A stretch of 64,000 nucleotides of DNA from contig CM052817.1 in NCBI GenBank assembly GCA_028534125.1, forward strand, positions 52,454,001 through 52,518,000, given 5' to 3'. The position numbers were made by a program, and so were the translations under genes. Positions 1-12,469 of this stretch are shown piece by piece. Positions within the stretch are counted from its first letter, which is position 1. Each line of letters opens with the position of its first letter. This DNA comes from Lama glama (taxonomy: Eukaryota). The notes under the pieces were generated by a model. That model saw only the letters and a program-made list of their open reading frames with translations, made no database searches and was not told the DNA's origin.

Positions 1-1955
1 GAGAACCTGAAACATAACTGAACTATCAAAGGCTCAGAGCAGACAAATCTGAGAGTTACAATCTCCAGGGATACCCAGGCGTGGCAGCTTCCACAGTATT
101 GTGAGATTTGCCTCTGGGAGCACAATAGATATCTCACAGTAAATATCTGAGAAAAATCTCCTCTTCCTTCTAATAGGGAGAGGAGAAATGGAATCATCTG
201 GAAATACGCCACAGCACATTTTTTTTTTTTTAACAAGACCTGCCTTCAGGAGAAACTAGCTAAACAGAACCTAATCTGCTGAGGTACTGTCAGAGCCTAA
301 CTGACCTGGGGGGAATATAATATCCAATTCCAGCTTTCTCTAGCAACCTAGGAGAGAAAAAAACAAAAAAACTGAGACGTACTTATGATGCTCATAGTCT
401 AGAGGAGCTACTCAGTAAAAGACTGAGACCTATTCATAGGATTATAGAATTTATCCTTTACCCTCACACCTTACCAACACATTACTAAAGTTCAATTTAC
501 ATAAGTTATTTTTACAAGTTACATTATGTCTGTCTATCAAGAAAATTATAGGTCATACTAAAAGCAAAAAACACTATTTGAAGAGACAGAACAGGTACCA
601 GAATCAGATACAGCAGGGATATCAGAATTATCGAACCTAGAATTTAAAACAACTGTAATTAGCTTGTTAAGGGCTCTAATGAATAAAGTAGGTAACATGC
701 AATAACAGATTGGCATTGTAAGCAGAGGGACTTAAATTGTAAGGAAAAAACACTGGAAATAAAAATCACTATAACAGAAATAAAAATGCCTTTGATGGCT
801 TATCAATCAACTGGGCACTTCTAAGGAAAGAACGCCTAAGACTGAGGATATCTCAATAGAATATACCAAGCTAAAAAAAATCAGAGAACAGAGAATGAAA
901 AGACAGAACAGAAATTCCAAGGACTGTGGAACAAATAGGAAAGGTATAAAATACATGTAATGGGAATACCAGAAGGAGAAGAAAGAGCAAAAGTAACAGG
1001 AGAAATAAAACATCAATGACTGAGAATTTCCTGAAAATAAATATCAGACACCAAATCACAGACCCAGGGAGCTCAGAGAAAACTAAGATAAATGCCAAAA
1101 AAAAAAAAATTATATCTAGGCATATCATTTTCAAAACAAAGGTAAAGAAAAACATCTGAAGAGGAGGGGAAACCACATCTTACCTATAGAGGAACTAAGA
1201 TAAGAATGACACTCAACTTCAATTCAGAAACCATGCAAGCAAGAACAGAGTGGAGTGAGATATTTAAAATCTAGAGACAAAAAACCCACCAACCTAGAAT
1301 TTTTCTGTACACTGATAAATTATCCTTCAAAAGTTAAGAATAATTTAAGATTTTTCTAGCAAACAGAAATTGAGGAAATTTGTTGCCAGTAGACTTGCCT
1401 TTCAAGAAATATTAAAAGTCAATCTTTATTTAACCTGCCACTCTATGTCTTTTGTTAGGCGCATTTAGTCTATTGACATTTATGGTAATTATCGATAGAT
1501 GTGCGTTTATTGTCATGAGTATATAAATGACTGAAATATTACTGTACACCAGAAATTGACATATTTTAACTGACTATACTTCAATTTAAAAAAGTGAATC
1601 CTTAGAGAAAAGGAAAATAATAATATATCAGGAACAAGGGTCTACATAAAGTAAAGAAGGAAGAACTGAAGATACAATAAAAACTTTCATTTTTCTTATT
1701 TTCTTAATTTGTATAACAAGTAATAGTTTATTTAAAATAAAACCAACAATGCATTTGAATATGCTTGCTTTTGTATATGTCTCATGTTATATGTACATGC
1801 TTATGCATGTTTACATATAAGGGAAACAATGAAAGCAAAGGTCCAAGGGGTGGAAGGAGGATTAGGATTACTTTGTTATTCCAAGGCACTCACATTGTCT
1901 GTGAAATGCTATAATATTAGTTTAAAGTGGATTTGGATTAATTGTATATTGCCAA
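1..1955 (+). mobile_element. Old L1 (L1MD/L1MC-like) 5'UTR, decayed ORF1 and inter-ORF region, running into the assembly gap
   Basis: ORF1-type motifs (gtaatgggaataccagaaggagaagaaagag ~957; cagaaaccatgcaagcaagaacagagtggagtga ~1225; aacctagaat...aaattatccttcaaaag ~1291-1335). Region 235-345 is visibly homologous to 23675-23785. No open frame. Confidence 0.8.
1425..1589 (+). mobile_element. Tiny 5'-inverted L1 insertion (inverted ORF2 start plus L1 3' terminus)
   Basis: Flanked by aaaagtcaatc (1414-1424) and aaaagtgaatc (1590-1600). 1425-1516 reverse-translates to MTINAHLSIITINVNRLNAPNKRHRVAG*IK (L1 ORF2 endonuclease N-terminus). 1517-1589 is an L1 3' end (tgtacaccagaaattgaca...actgactatacttcaattt) plus an A tract. 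Confidence 0.8.
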
Positions 1956-2455
1956 NNNNNNNNNNNNNNNNNNNNNNNNNNNNNNNNNNNNNNNNNNNNN
2001 NNNNNNNNNNNNNNNNNNNNNNNNNNNNNNNNNNNNNNNNNNNNNNNNNNNNNNNNNNNNNNNNNNNNNNNNNNNNNNNNNNNNNNNNNNNNNNNNNNNN
2101 NNNNNNNNNNNNNNNNNNNNNNNNNNNNNNNNNNNNNNNNNNNNNNNNNNNNNNNNNNNNNNNNNNNNNNNNNNNNNNNNNNNNNNNNNNNNNNNNNNNN
2201 NNNNNNNNNNNNNNNNNNNNNNNNNNNNNNNNNNNNNNNNNNNNNNNNNNNNNNNNNNNNNNNNNNNNNNNNNNNNNNNNNNNNNNNNNNNNNNNNNNNN
2301 NNNNNNNNNNNNNNNNNNNNNNNNNNNNNNNNNNNNNNNNNNNNNNNNNNNNNNNNNNNNNNNNNNNNNNNNNNNNNNNNNNNNNNNNNNNNNNNNNNNN
2401 NNNNNNNNNNNNNNNNNNNNNNNNNNNNNNNNNNNNNNNNNNNNNNNNNNNNNNN
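1956..2455. other. Assembly gap (500 N)
   Basis: Run of N; the round length suggests a scaffolding placeholder. Confidence 1.
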
Positions 2456-2659
2456 ATGTATTTAACACTGTTTATCATACAGAAACTTACTTACTCTTAA
2501 GGCTTTAACCATTATCTCACTGAACATTTCTAATTCAGGTTATTATCACATAATCTCTTAAATATTATTTCTTTGTAGCCAGTTTCCAAACTTGTAGCCT
2601 CACCATCTTCCAAATGATGAAACACATAAGGTACCCACAAAAGTTTCTTTTTCCTGAAC

Positions 2660-2890
2660 CATGGTATAGTAGTATTTTACTTGGGTAAAAGCAGACCAGA
2701 GTTTAAGCTCTGGCTTCTAGCCTTTCAACTTTGGGTCAATTATGAAAACTCTTTAAACCCATGATTTCTAATCTTCAACATAAATTAATTACTGCTGTTT
2801 CATAGGAGTTTATTAAATATTAAATAAGATGATATGTGAAAAATACTTATTAAAATGTTTGGCATACTAAATTCGTTTAGTAGTATTGGT
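2660..2890 (+). mobile_element. MIR SINE, highly diverged
   Basis: MIR core-like text: cagaccagagtttaagctctggcttct...ttgggtcaattatgaaaactctttaaacccatgatttctaatctt...taaataagatgatatgtgaaaaatacttat. Confidence 0.6.
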
Positions 2891-3869
2891 GCCAATATTT
2901 CTGCAGGACTGTAGTTTTTTTGGCTATCAAGTATTAAAAACAAATTCTAAGGGGTTCCATTTTAATGAAACATATATTTAATTTTTAAATAATAACCATT
3001 TTGTTCAAGAACCTATACTCCAAAAAAATTAAACCATGTTTCATTTTTGGCAATCTCAAGCATTGCCGCTTTAGTGCTTTCATGACCTAATACAATTGAA
3101 ATCTTACCTTATCTTAAAATTGAGAATAAAACGTTTAACTTTAAACTTCAGTGTCTATCCAATTAGATTTAATCATCTTTTTAAATCTGTGTTCTGCAAT
3201 ATTTTGTCTATACCTCTTATATTTATTTGGAAGAACTATATTAAGCAACATGCCACTGGACAGAGAAAAGTTTTCTTTCACATGCACGTTTATATTATTG
3301 AATGACATCTTCTGGTTCAAGAGAGACATTCAGAGAATAATTAGGGAGCCACATGGTGTAAAACTACTTAGCTCAATTAAATTAATTGTTCAGTAGAGCA
3401 ACATAGGCCTAAATTCATCACATTCAAAGTCAAGTTATTTTATATTTTTGTCACCTACTATATTAAATTTCATTAGAAATGCCACTACCCGAATATGTTT
3501 TATCTCTTATATTATTATAAGCTGTTTAAGAACAAGGACATTTTCTTATTAATTTTGCACACTTTATATTGCCTCCCAAACTGAAGTCTTTAAAAAAATC
3601 TTTGTTCATTAGTAAATAAATAACAAAAATACGTTGAAAATGGTTCAAATTAAAAACATAATGGGAGACAAGTGTTACTTAACATAACACTAAAAGGATA
3701 AATATCTGGACATAAAATTGTGACAATTTCTTTTGAAACATAAATGAGAAAACTTTCAAAGATACACAAAGTAGATGTGAACAAATTTTAAAAAGTACTC
3801 AACTTTTTAATAAAAGACTCAGTTATCAGAAAAACATGTTAATCCTCCCAAATATCACTGTATATACTT

Positions 3870-4200
3870 ATAAATTATTTTCTGCTCTCTCTGGAAAAAG
3901 ACTACTATATCCCACCCATTGCCATGGGACTTGATGCTACACTGAGGAAGAAGTATACTTCCACACCTCATTAAGGTAGGCATGGCCATCTTTGGTTACT
4001 GGCTTTAGCCGAAAAAATTAAATAAAAAAAAAAGTGAGCTATGCTATTTGCAGCAGAAACTTTAAAAGCTTTTCCTTGGTTTTACAATGCACTTTTCTTC
4101 TGCTTCACAAATGAGATAGAAATTTTATTCCCCTAATGTGGTTGCAGAATAAATAACAGATGGAACATAAAGTATGTACTATGTGGGTGAGACTTGAGGA
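3870..4200 (+). mobile_element. Old MaLR LTR fragment (MLT1I/J/K-like)
   Basis: agtatacttccacacctcatt...ggccatc...ggctttagcc...gcagaaactttaaaagc resembles old MLT1 LTR motifs. Confidence 0.45.
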
Positions 4201-4201
4201 C

Positions 4202-4533
4202 TGTTAGACTGAACGTGTCTTTCCTTAAATTCATATGCTAAAATCTAACCCACAATGTGATGGTATATGGAGGTGGGTATTTGGGATATAATTAGGTCAA
4301 GAGAGGAGAGCCCTCATGAAAAAAATCAGTGCCCATCAAAGAAGAGACCAGTGAGCTACTCTCTCTATAGGATACAAAAAGAAGTGGCAGTCTGCAGGTA
4401 GGAAGTGGGCTTGTCAAACATCAGATCTGCCAGCAACTTGATGGGATTTCCCAGGCTCCAGAACTGTGAGAAAGAAATGTTTGCTGTTTAAACCCAACTA
4501 CGGTAATTTATTATAGCAACCTGAACTAGGACA
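4202..4533 (+). mobile_element. MaLR LTR (MLT1A-like)
   Basis: Starts tgttagactgaacgtg...aaattcatatgctaaaatctaacccacaatgtgatggta. Contains cccaggctccagaactgtgagaaagaaatgtttgctgtttaa. Ends atagcaacctgaactaggaca. Confidence 0.85.
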
Positions 4534-5612
4534 GAAATTGGTACCAAGAAGTGGGGTGCTGCTGTAACAAATATCCCCAAATCTGGAAGCAGCTTTGGAA
4601 CTGGAAAATGGGTAGAGGCTCAAAGAGTATTACTGAAGCGTATGCTAGAAAAATCTGATATTGCTGTGAAAGGAGTTCAAAAGGCAATTCTGGTTAAGAC
4701 TCAGATAAGAACTCTAGAGAATGCTTCCATTTTCCTAGAGAATATATAAATAATTGCACCCAGAATGGTGGTAGAAATATGGTTTCTAAGAGAGATTTTG
4801 CTGAGGTCTCAGATGGAAATGAGGAGCATGTTATTGAAAACTAGAAGACAGGCAATACTTTCTGTAACGTGGTAAAAAAAAATAATAAATAATTAGACTT
4901 ATCTGAAATATGTCCCTGTTCTAGTGTTTTGTGGAAGGTGGAACTTGTGAGAAATGAAATTGGGTATTCAGCTGAAGAATTTCTAAGCCAAGTGTTGAAG
5001 GAGCAGTGGGCATGGTTCCTCCTGTCTGCTTATAGTAAAATATGAGAAAACAGACATAACTTTAAGACAGAATTGTTAAGCAAAAAGGAACTAGAACATA
5101 AATTCAGAAATCCTCAGCCTGTCCATATTGCAAAACATGAAAGAACGTTCAGAAGAGAACATTAAGAATATGAGCAAGCAACTATTTGGTAAAATTAGTA
5201 TGGGTGTACAGAAGGAACTTTAATCAGAATCGCAGCAGGAAAACTGCCAGTTTGAACTGAATGGAAAGGAAATCAGAAGGAATGAAGGAAGGTTGTCAGA
5301 CATTTTGGATTTTACAGGACAGGACTATAGAGCTGTTTGGCTTCTAAAGGTGATCTATTCTTGTGCACAAGGGAAGAATGACCTCTAAAGGCAATTCAGA
5401 GATCATCAGGACTGGGCTTCTTGCTACAAAAGAGGGAGTCATTTGCCTTGCTTTCAGTAAACTAAACGATCTTGCCTCAAGCCACTGGGGGGGTCTACCC
5501 CTGCCTGAGAGCAGGACCCCTACCCAGCAGAGTTACACGGGTAAAACCACAGCCCTAGTGGGCCTAAAGGGCAAAAACAGAGCCAAAGAGGATTTTTATG
5601 CTGCACTAAATA
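4534..5612 (+). mobile_element. MaLR internal sequence (MLT1-int-like), 5' part, 3'-truncated
   Basis: Begins directly after the LTR with gaaattggtaccaagaagtggggtgctgctgtaacaaata. Also gaggtctcagatggaaatgaggagcatgttattg and gctgaagaatttctaagccaagtgttgaagg. No second LTR seen. Confidence 0.8.
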
Positions 5613-6779
5613 TATTCCAAGTCATACAAGTAAGTTCATTTAATCCTTAAATTTAATCAGTTATATAAATATATATATATTTTTTCTATTTTCTAAAGAC
5701 TCAGATTCCTGTACAGAGTAGAGCTTTGTTTAAAACCAGTTATACCTGCCTATTTTTATTTGGATAGAAATGAATGCTGTTATTCAGATATGCAAGTTGT
5801 TTTATTGCATTTTAAGAAAAAAATTATTTCCACTTTTACAGTGGTGTACAATTATGTTAATTTTCTTGGGAAAAATCACCTTATTTAATTTAAAAACTAA
5901 AAATGAGAATAAAATTAAAATGAGAATAGATGACATCTGTAAAATTTCTTTTTAAAATATAATCATGAAACATCATTTTACCAAGAACATATTTATTTCA
6001 AAATGAAGAACACTTCACAGAGACATGCATATTTCAGAGGCAACATTTTTCATAATTAGTTTTCATGTGTTATGCTTCATACAAATGCATGTTACTGGAT
6101 TAGTTGCTCAATAGATTAAATTTACTTATGCAAACTGGAATTTAAACAAAAGCAAGTGTTGCTTCTTAATGGAACACTATGAGCCTATTTCTGTAATAAG
6201 CTTTACAGACATGTAAATCTTATCTGCTTTTTCAATTCACATTCTACACTCTATCAAATTTGCCTGCTACTAAAACACTCTAAAGAACTACACATTTTGA
6301 ATCGGTTCTAAATTTGAGGTCCTTTGAATATTCAGATTTTTTAAAGACAGTTTTAAATTTCATGGCATTTCTGTTGAAGCATCAGAGTCACTCAAACATT
6401 GTAATTACTAATGGAAAAAAACCCCACCATATTACATAATGATTAATTTCATTAACAATCCTTGAAGACACTGAAAGATCCAAATAGAGTGCATGGACGT
6501 TTCTCATTCAGCAGATTTTGTAGACAGGCATTGACATTGCAGAAAATCTTAATATACAGCCTTTTGAAGCTCTGTTCAGCTTTATGTTTAAGACTTTAAG
6601 GACAAAGTAACACTTGATATGATTGAGTTATTCTACCACGAGTCTTGTACAATACTAACAGAGACAACAATTATCAATTTCTACATTACGTTAATGTTCT
6701 AAATCTAGACAACTTAACTGCAATATTAGTTCCCATCTTTTCACCTCTGAGAAGTGCTGTGAAAATAGCCATGAGGAGT

Positions 6780-8290
6780 TAAAAGGGTCCACACTCAACC
6801 TCTGGGACATATAGTAGGTAATGAGTCAGAGGAAAATAGCCAATTTGATAATGCCAAAGGAAAAGCAATGTCCTCATAAGAGAGACAAAGGTAAAATGGG
6901 TAGAGGAATCATGTAGAAAAGAGAGGATATGAGGGGATGCTTGGATGAATGTGAATGACAAAGCAGTCATATTTAGCAAGGATATAAGTTGATCAGAAAT
7001 TTTTGAGAGAAGGGGTTGGGTGAGGACACAGTAGAAGAAATTTGGGGGTTTATAATCCAAGATTTTGTAGGCCAACGTTATGGATTAACTATGGAAGTGT
7101 CACTTACGTGGGAGATGTAGATTGTATCATATAGATATCTTAGAACTGGTGGCCATCCCTTAAATCCTGAAGACAATTATCTAATTTTTAAAACGCAGTG
7201 TTTTATTTTGAAATAAATCTCCCTAATGAGTGTTTGTTAACATAATAAGCTCTTGTCTGGTTAGTATACGCATTACTCCATGGTCTGCAATATCCTGCTT
7301 TTTTGTGGTAGAATGACAGAGGACTGCTGTTCTGTGGATATCTATTAAATCTCTCTGTAGGAGTGAATTCAACAGTATATAAAACAAAGCAGGAATTTAA
7401 GAGAGTGGTTGTAACAGATATAAGATATTCTGGGTGTGGAAGAAAAGGAAATAAGCAGTTTCATGTGGTGAACTGTCAGGTTGACAATGGAATGCTTGCA
7501 GGATAAAGAATTAAATATCCTTATAGCAGAGAAAAACTGAAACTATATATATATAGAGAGAGAAAGAGTGTATCTCCTCTGTCATTTTAGTCAAAAGAGT
7601 GAGAAATCAGAAAGAAATAAATAGAGTCATAATATGAAGAACTTTAAATAGAATAAAAAGTGAGTTTTTTACTGGAGGTTTTGAAGCAGAAGAGGGAAAT
7701 AAACTACTATAAAGAGCCGTGTGATTGTGGTAATTACTGAGTTATAGAACTAAAAAATAGGAGGCATAGAGAACAGGTGGGAGGCAGGTAAAACTACAAG
7801 AATGGGAGCAGTATTATTGAAGGTGAGAAACATTGCATATTAGCTTTTACTAGTATTAGTGGCCAAGGCTTAGTAATAGTATTTAGTGACCAAAGTTATG
7901 GGGAATAAATGAAGGTTTGTTATTTTGGTCTGAGTACAAGTAAGAAGTTAACAAATTATGAAAGGTAACATAGGAAAACACAGAAGAAAGCTTATTTTAG
8001 AGGAAAGATGAGGTTCATATTCATACCCTTATTCTAGAGATGTCAGAATTTGACAGGGATAGTATTAAAAAGAAAGATAGGTGTAAAAAGTTATATAAAT
8101 AGGTAACCAAGTGTAAGAATACACATTTGGGAATGATCTTCTCAGTGATGATAAGTGAGATGGGGAAAACAGAATTACAAACACTGCACATTGGAGGAAA
8201 CTAATTTTTATAGGGAGTCAATTTTTAGGAAAACAATAAACTTAATTAGATAATGAGTAATAAAAATGATTAGATGTCAATGTTCTTGGA
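6780..8290 (-). mobile_element. Scattered, highly decayed L2-like fragments
   Basis: Purine-rich antisense-L2-like text (gaggaaagatgaggttcatattcatac...gtgtcaga...gggaatgatcttctcagtgatg). Boundaries approximate. Confidence 0.35.
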
Positions 8291-8317
8291 AGAAACAGGT
8301 AAAATAGCAATTTGTAA

Positions 8318-8350
8318 AATAATAATAATAATAATAATAATAGTAATAAT
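8318..8350. repeat. (AAT)n microsatellite
   Basis: aataataat... with one agt interruption. Confidence 0.9.
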
Positions 8351-10139
8351 TTTTTTAGTGTTCTGACAAAAATCCTGAAAATTCAGGTGTTAGATATTTT
8401 GAAAAGAATTCTTTAGCATTTAAAAATATATTAGAAGTATCTGTTCTATATTCAAACTATATATAATCTCTTTGGAGACATGTATTTGTGAAACAGATAT
8501 GACAGCAGATGGTAGTAAACAATGCATTTTTTTTATAACTGATTAACAACTTTTGCCAAATGCCAGTAGTAATAAAGAAATCCACTTTATCTTGGACTAC
8601 AAGGAATTAAATATTCAGTGATAATAAAGGCAACTATTTTAGTTTATCTTAATATCACTTATCTCTGAGTGGTGATAAATAGTAGAAACTTGATCTAAAC
8701 TTAGCTCTACTTTTACATTGACTTTTTTTAAAACTAAGTAAGGCAGTTATTGTATTTCATGAAGGCAAAATAAATCTTTAATCAATTTTGTCGTGTCCTG
8801 ATTATTTTCAACACAAGATAACAGATAGAGAGAAAAGAAGTAAAATCTGTCCAGCATAAGGTGAAATTTATTGCTGTAATTTTACAGGAGAGTCCCTTTG
8901 ATGTCATAAACTGCAAGAAAAAAGCATGAACAGTTTATTAAAAAAACGTAATAGTGAGATAAGATTGCAGCCTTTATAGTGTTCCACAGTTTATATTGGA
9001 TAATTCATTCTTGCCCCACTGTAGAAAATAGTAAATTGATTTTGATTTCATATGTAGTTGTCCCATTAATTTTCAAGGCATAACCTTATGAAGATCAAAG
9101 TAGTAGAGTTTGCTGACATCAGCTTTACAACTGAGAGTTCATCACTCCCTAAAGCAAAAAAATTTTTTAAAATGTAGTATCAAAAAACACATCTGCAAGT
9201 CCAGCTATTGTCAAAGAGCTGTGACATATAAAATATCTATATGGTATTGATGTATCCATTTCACTAAAAAATGTTAACAAAATAGCTTAAAACTCAGGAA
9301 ATGAGAGCCATGTGTTTAATGATATTATTAGCTTTATAGCTTATCAGCTGTATAGCTTTTTTTTAAATTGAAGGGAGGTTTCATTTTTTTCCACCAAAAT
9401 AGTAGTATGTTTTGACTAGTTCTGTGCCAGAGATGTCTATTGACAAAAGCTAATTTGAAGGAATTAGTTGAGATTCAAATGATTAACTAAATCATTTATT
9501 TTATAATAAAATCAAATTTGGTTTGGGTGTTTTTGTTTGGGTCAGAAAATGGACCTAATGTTTATGAAATGGAATAATATTCAAGACATCGTGCCATTAA
9601 AATAGATCAATATACATGACACTGAAAAAATAGCATTAATGTATTAAATCTGTAGTAAGGGGCATGTGTCATTATAGAGTGCAGATAGTGTTAGTTTTAT
9701 CTCCTCATATTTTAATCTAAACTTACACTCAAGGGAAAGTAGACTGTACTTAACATTTCAAACATTTATTATACCATCTCACATAAAGTCTAAGAAATAC
9801 TCAGTCTCCGCGGCTCATTAAAATAATTTTGTATTCCATTTGAATTTTTATTCATTATTATCTAAGAATCACAAAGATTCAAACCATGTATGAATATTTA
9901 AATGGGAAAACAATTTAAAAATATACTTACCATCTCAATGAGGGAAAGCAGTTTTGAAAAAAACTACCTATCATTTGAGTTTTGTTCATGACAGAGGTAA
10001 ACCTGGTATAAACCTACTATAAAACCAAAGACCTTGGCCAAACATTCATCTGCTGTTGGGTTTAACTTGCTTAATATTAAGGCAACTATTTGAATGCATT
10101 TCTTTTTAAAGCATAAAACCCCACTTAAAATATGAATGC

Positions 10140-10380
10140 CATACTATTCACTCAGTCACCAAAATCTGCATGCAATCCTTGACTCTCTGACATTCTACCC
10201 TAGTCAATAACTAGTCACTTTTACTCTAATTCCTGCATATTCTGGAATATATTTACAATTTTCCATCTTTATTGGTATTTTCCTAAGACAGACCACTATC
10301 ATCTGGTACATGGATTATTACAGCAGCCTCTTTTGTCTCTTCTCCATCTGTGCTCTAATTCATTCTCCACATAATTAAAA
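10140..10380 (+). mobile_element. L2 fragment
   Basis: caatccttgactctctgac...gaccactatcatctggtacatggattattacagcagcctc...attcattctccaca, typical of L2 3' region sense strand. Confidence 0.55.
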
Positions 10381-10384
10381 TACA

Positions 10385-11219
10385 AAATAAGCATTTTAAC
10401 AAATAATTTTCAGAACATTTTCATGTTTACAGAAAATTTCTGAAGATAGTACAGACTCCCCATATATCTCTCACACAGTTTGCACTAGCATGGACATCTT
10501 ATATTTGATAAGTTTTTCTCTTGATTAGATTGGATTGTGTGGTTTTGGTGGAAGACCACAGAGATAAAGTGCTGTTTTCATCACAACCTATCAAGGGTGA
10601 ATACTATCAACGGTCTCCTCACATTAAAGAATGTATTAGAAACCAAGATCTGAATGATAAGTATGCTCCTTGCTACTGGGTATCAGTGCTTCTAAGCACT
10701 CTCAGCTGAAAGAGGAAGGGAATATAAAAATATGTGTCTGTTATCAACCTGTGTATATCTACAAATCTATAAATACTTCTATATATAACCATTTGTATCT
10801 GTATTAAGCTAAACATGAGTTCATGTTGATGTCTCCAACTCTATAATGTACTACCATGTGGATAATCCTAGACTTCTCCCTTTGCTTATTTATAAACTCC
10901 CAATCCAGGAATGAGAAATCTGGCTTTCACCATTTGCCATCTTTTTACTTAATTGTTTAATTGTAGTATGCATGTATAGCAGCATCAGAATTGCTAACCT
11001 GTACCTAGGGGCAAAAAGTTTATTAACCATAGTACAATGCTTTTGTGTAGTTCTTTTTGTATTTAGTATTTCAGACTTGACTTATTTCCAAAGTTTCTTA
11101 GATCAAGTACCTTTTCCCATCCTCTTCAGGGAGGTTGTTTTACACATGTGTAATAGAGTTAAAACTTTTTTTTTGGACACATGTTGACTTCCATCTGGCA
11201 TTCCCTGAACCTCACAATG
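10385..11219 (-). mobile_element. L1MC-like 3' end (antisense)
   Basis: ttttcagaacattttcatgtttacagaaaatttctgaagatagtacagactcccc... and aaacatgagttcatgttgatgtctccaactcta are L1MC-type antisense 3'UTR motifs. Confidence 0.7.
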
Positions 11220-11950
11220 ATTTTTTAAAAGAGGTATTACAGCAGTCTTAAGTTCACAGAAAAACTGAGAAAGTTCCCACACACCCTTTGCCCTCACACA
11301 TGCACAACCACCGTCACTATCAACATCAGCACCAGAATTATACATGAGTTTCAATGGATAAATCTAACTGACAGATAACTATCACTTAAAGTTCACAGTT
11401 TACATCAGGGTTCTTACAAATCTATGTGTTTGACAAATGCATAATGGCATATATCCATCACAGTATCATACAGAATAGTTTCACTGCCCTAAAAATCCTA
11501 TGTGGTTGCCTATTCATCTCCCTTTCCCACCAAATATGGGAAATCATTGATTTTTTTTAATTGTCTCCGTGGTTTTCCCTTTTCCAGAATGTCATATAGC
11601 TGAGATCATACAGTATATAGCCTTTTCAGATTTTACTTAGTCATATATATTTAAGGTTTCTCCATGTCTTTTCATACCTTGATAGCTAATTTCTTTAGTA
11701 CTGAATAATATTCAGTTGTTTGGATACAGCACATTTGTTTGTCTATTCACTTATAGAAAGACATTTAGATTGCCTCCAAGTTTTGGCAGCTATGAACAAC
11801 TGTGTTCAGATTTTTGTGTGGACATGAGTTTAACTCATTTAACCAAATATCAAGAAGTGCAACTGCAGGATCTTATGGCAAGAATATGTTGTTTTTGTAA
11901 GAAATTGCCTAACTATCTTGCAAAATGACTGTACTATTTTGCATTCTTCA
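11220..11950 (-). mobile_element. L1MC1/2-like 3' end (antisense)
   Basis: agcagtcttaagttcacagaaaaactgagaaagttccc...aagttcacagtttacatcagggttc...cagaatagtttcactgccctaaaaatcc...ttttccagaatgtcatatagctg. Confidence 0.75.
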
Positions 11951-11954
11951 ATGA

Positions 11955-12455
11955 TTTTTTTAAATTTATATTTATTAGGATTCACTCTTTGTGTTGTAAA
12001 GTTCTAAGGGTATTACCGTAGCATAGTGTCATATATGCATGTTGAATTATTATGCACAATAACACAGAATACTTTCAATGCCTTACAGATTCCCAGTGTT
12101 TCATCTACACAAATCCCCCATCCACAACCCTTAGCAATCACTGATTGTTTTATACTTCCTGCAGTGTTGGCTTTTTCAGAATATCATATAAATGGATTCA
12201 TAGACGATACTACATTATACAATGCTAAATAAAAGACTATATCTTTTACTTAGCAATATGCATTAAAGACTCATTGAAGTATTTGATTGCTTGATAGTGC
12301 TTTCCCTTTAATTGTTGAATGGTATCCCATTGTATGGATGTGCTACCATTTCTTTACCTAGCCACATATTTTAGTGGGCCTTGACTGCTTAATTTTTGGT
12401 GATTGTTAATAAAGCTGCTATAAACCTATGCATGTAAATTTGTAAGTGTTTTTTG
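11955..12455 (-). mobile_element. Further L1MC/MD-like 3' fragment (antisense)
   Basis: ggattcactctttgtgttgtaaagttcta...gcaatcactgattg...ttttcagaatatcatataaatgga...aataaagctgctataaac; repeats consensus region already covered by 11220-11950, so a separate copy. Confidence 0.65.
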
Positions 12456-12469
12456 TGTAAACAAAATGT

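Noticed and set aside
807..1176. Hydrophobic minus-strand ORFs
   Set aside because: Antisense reading of A-rich decayed L1 ORF1; F/L/I richness is compositional.
1784..2508. Four long ORFs (176-238 aa)
   Set aside because: Artefacts of reading through the 500-N gap.
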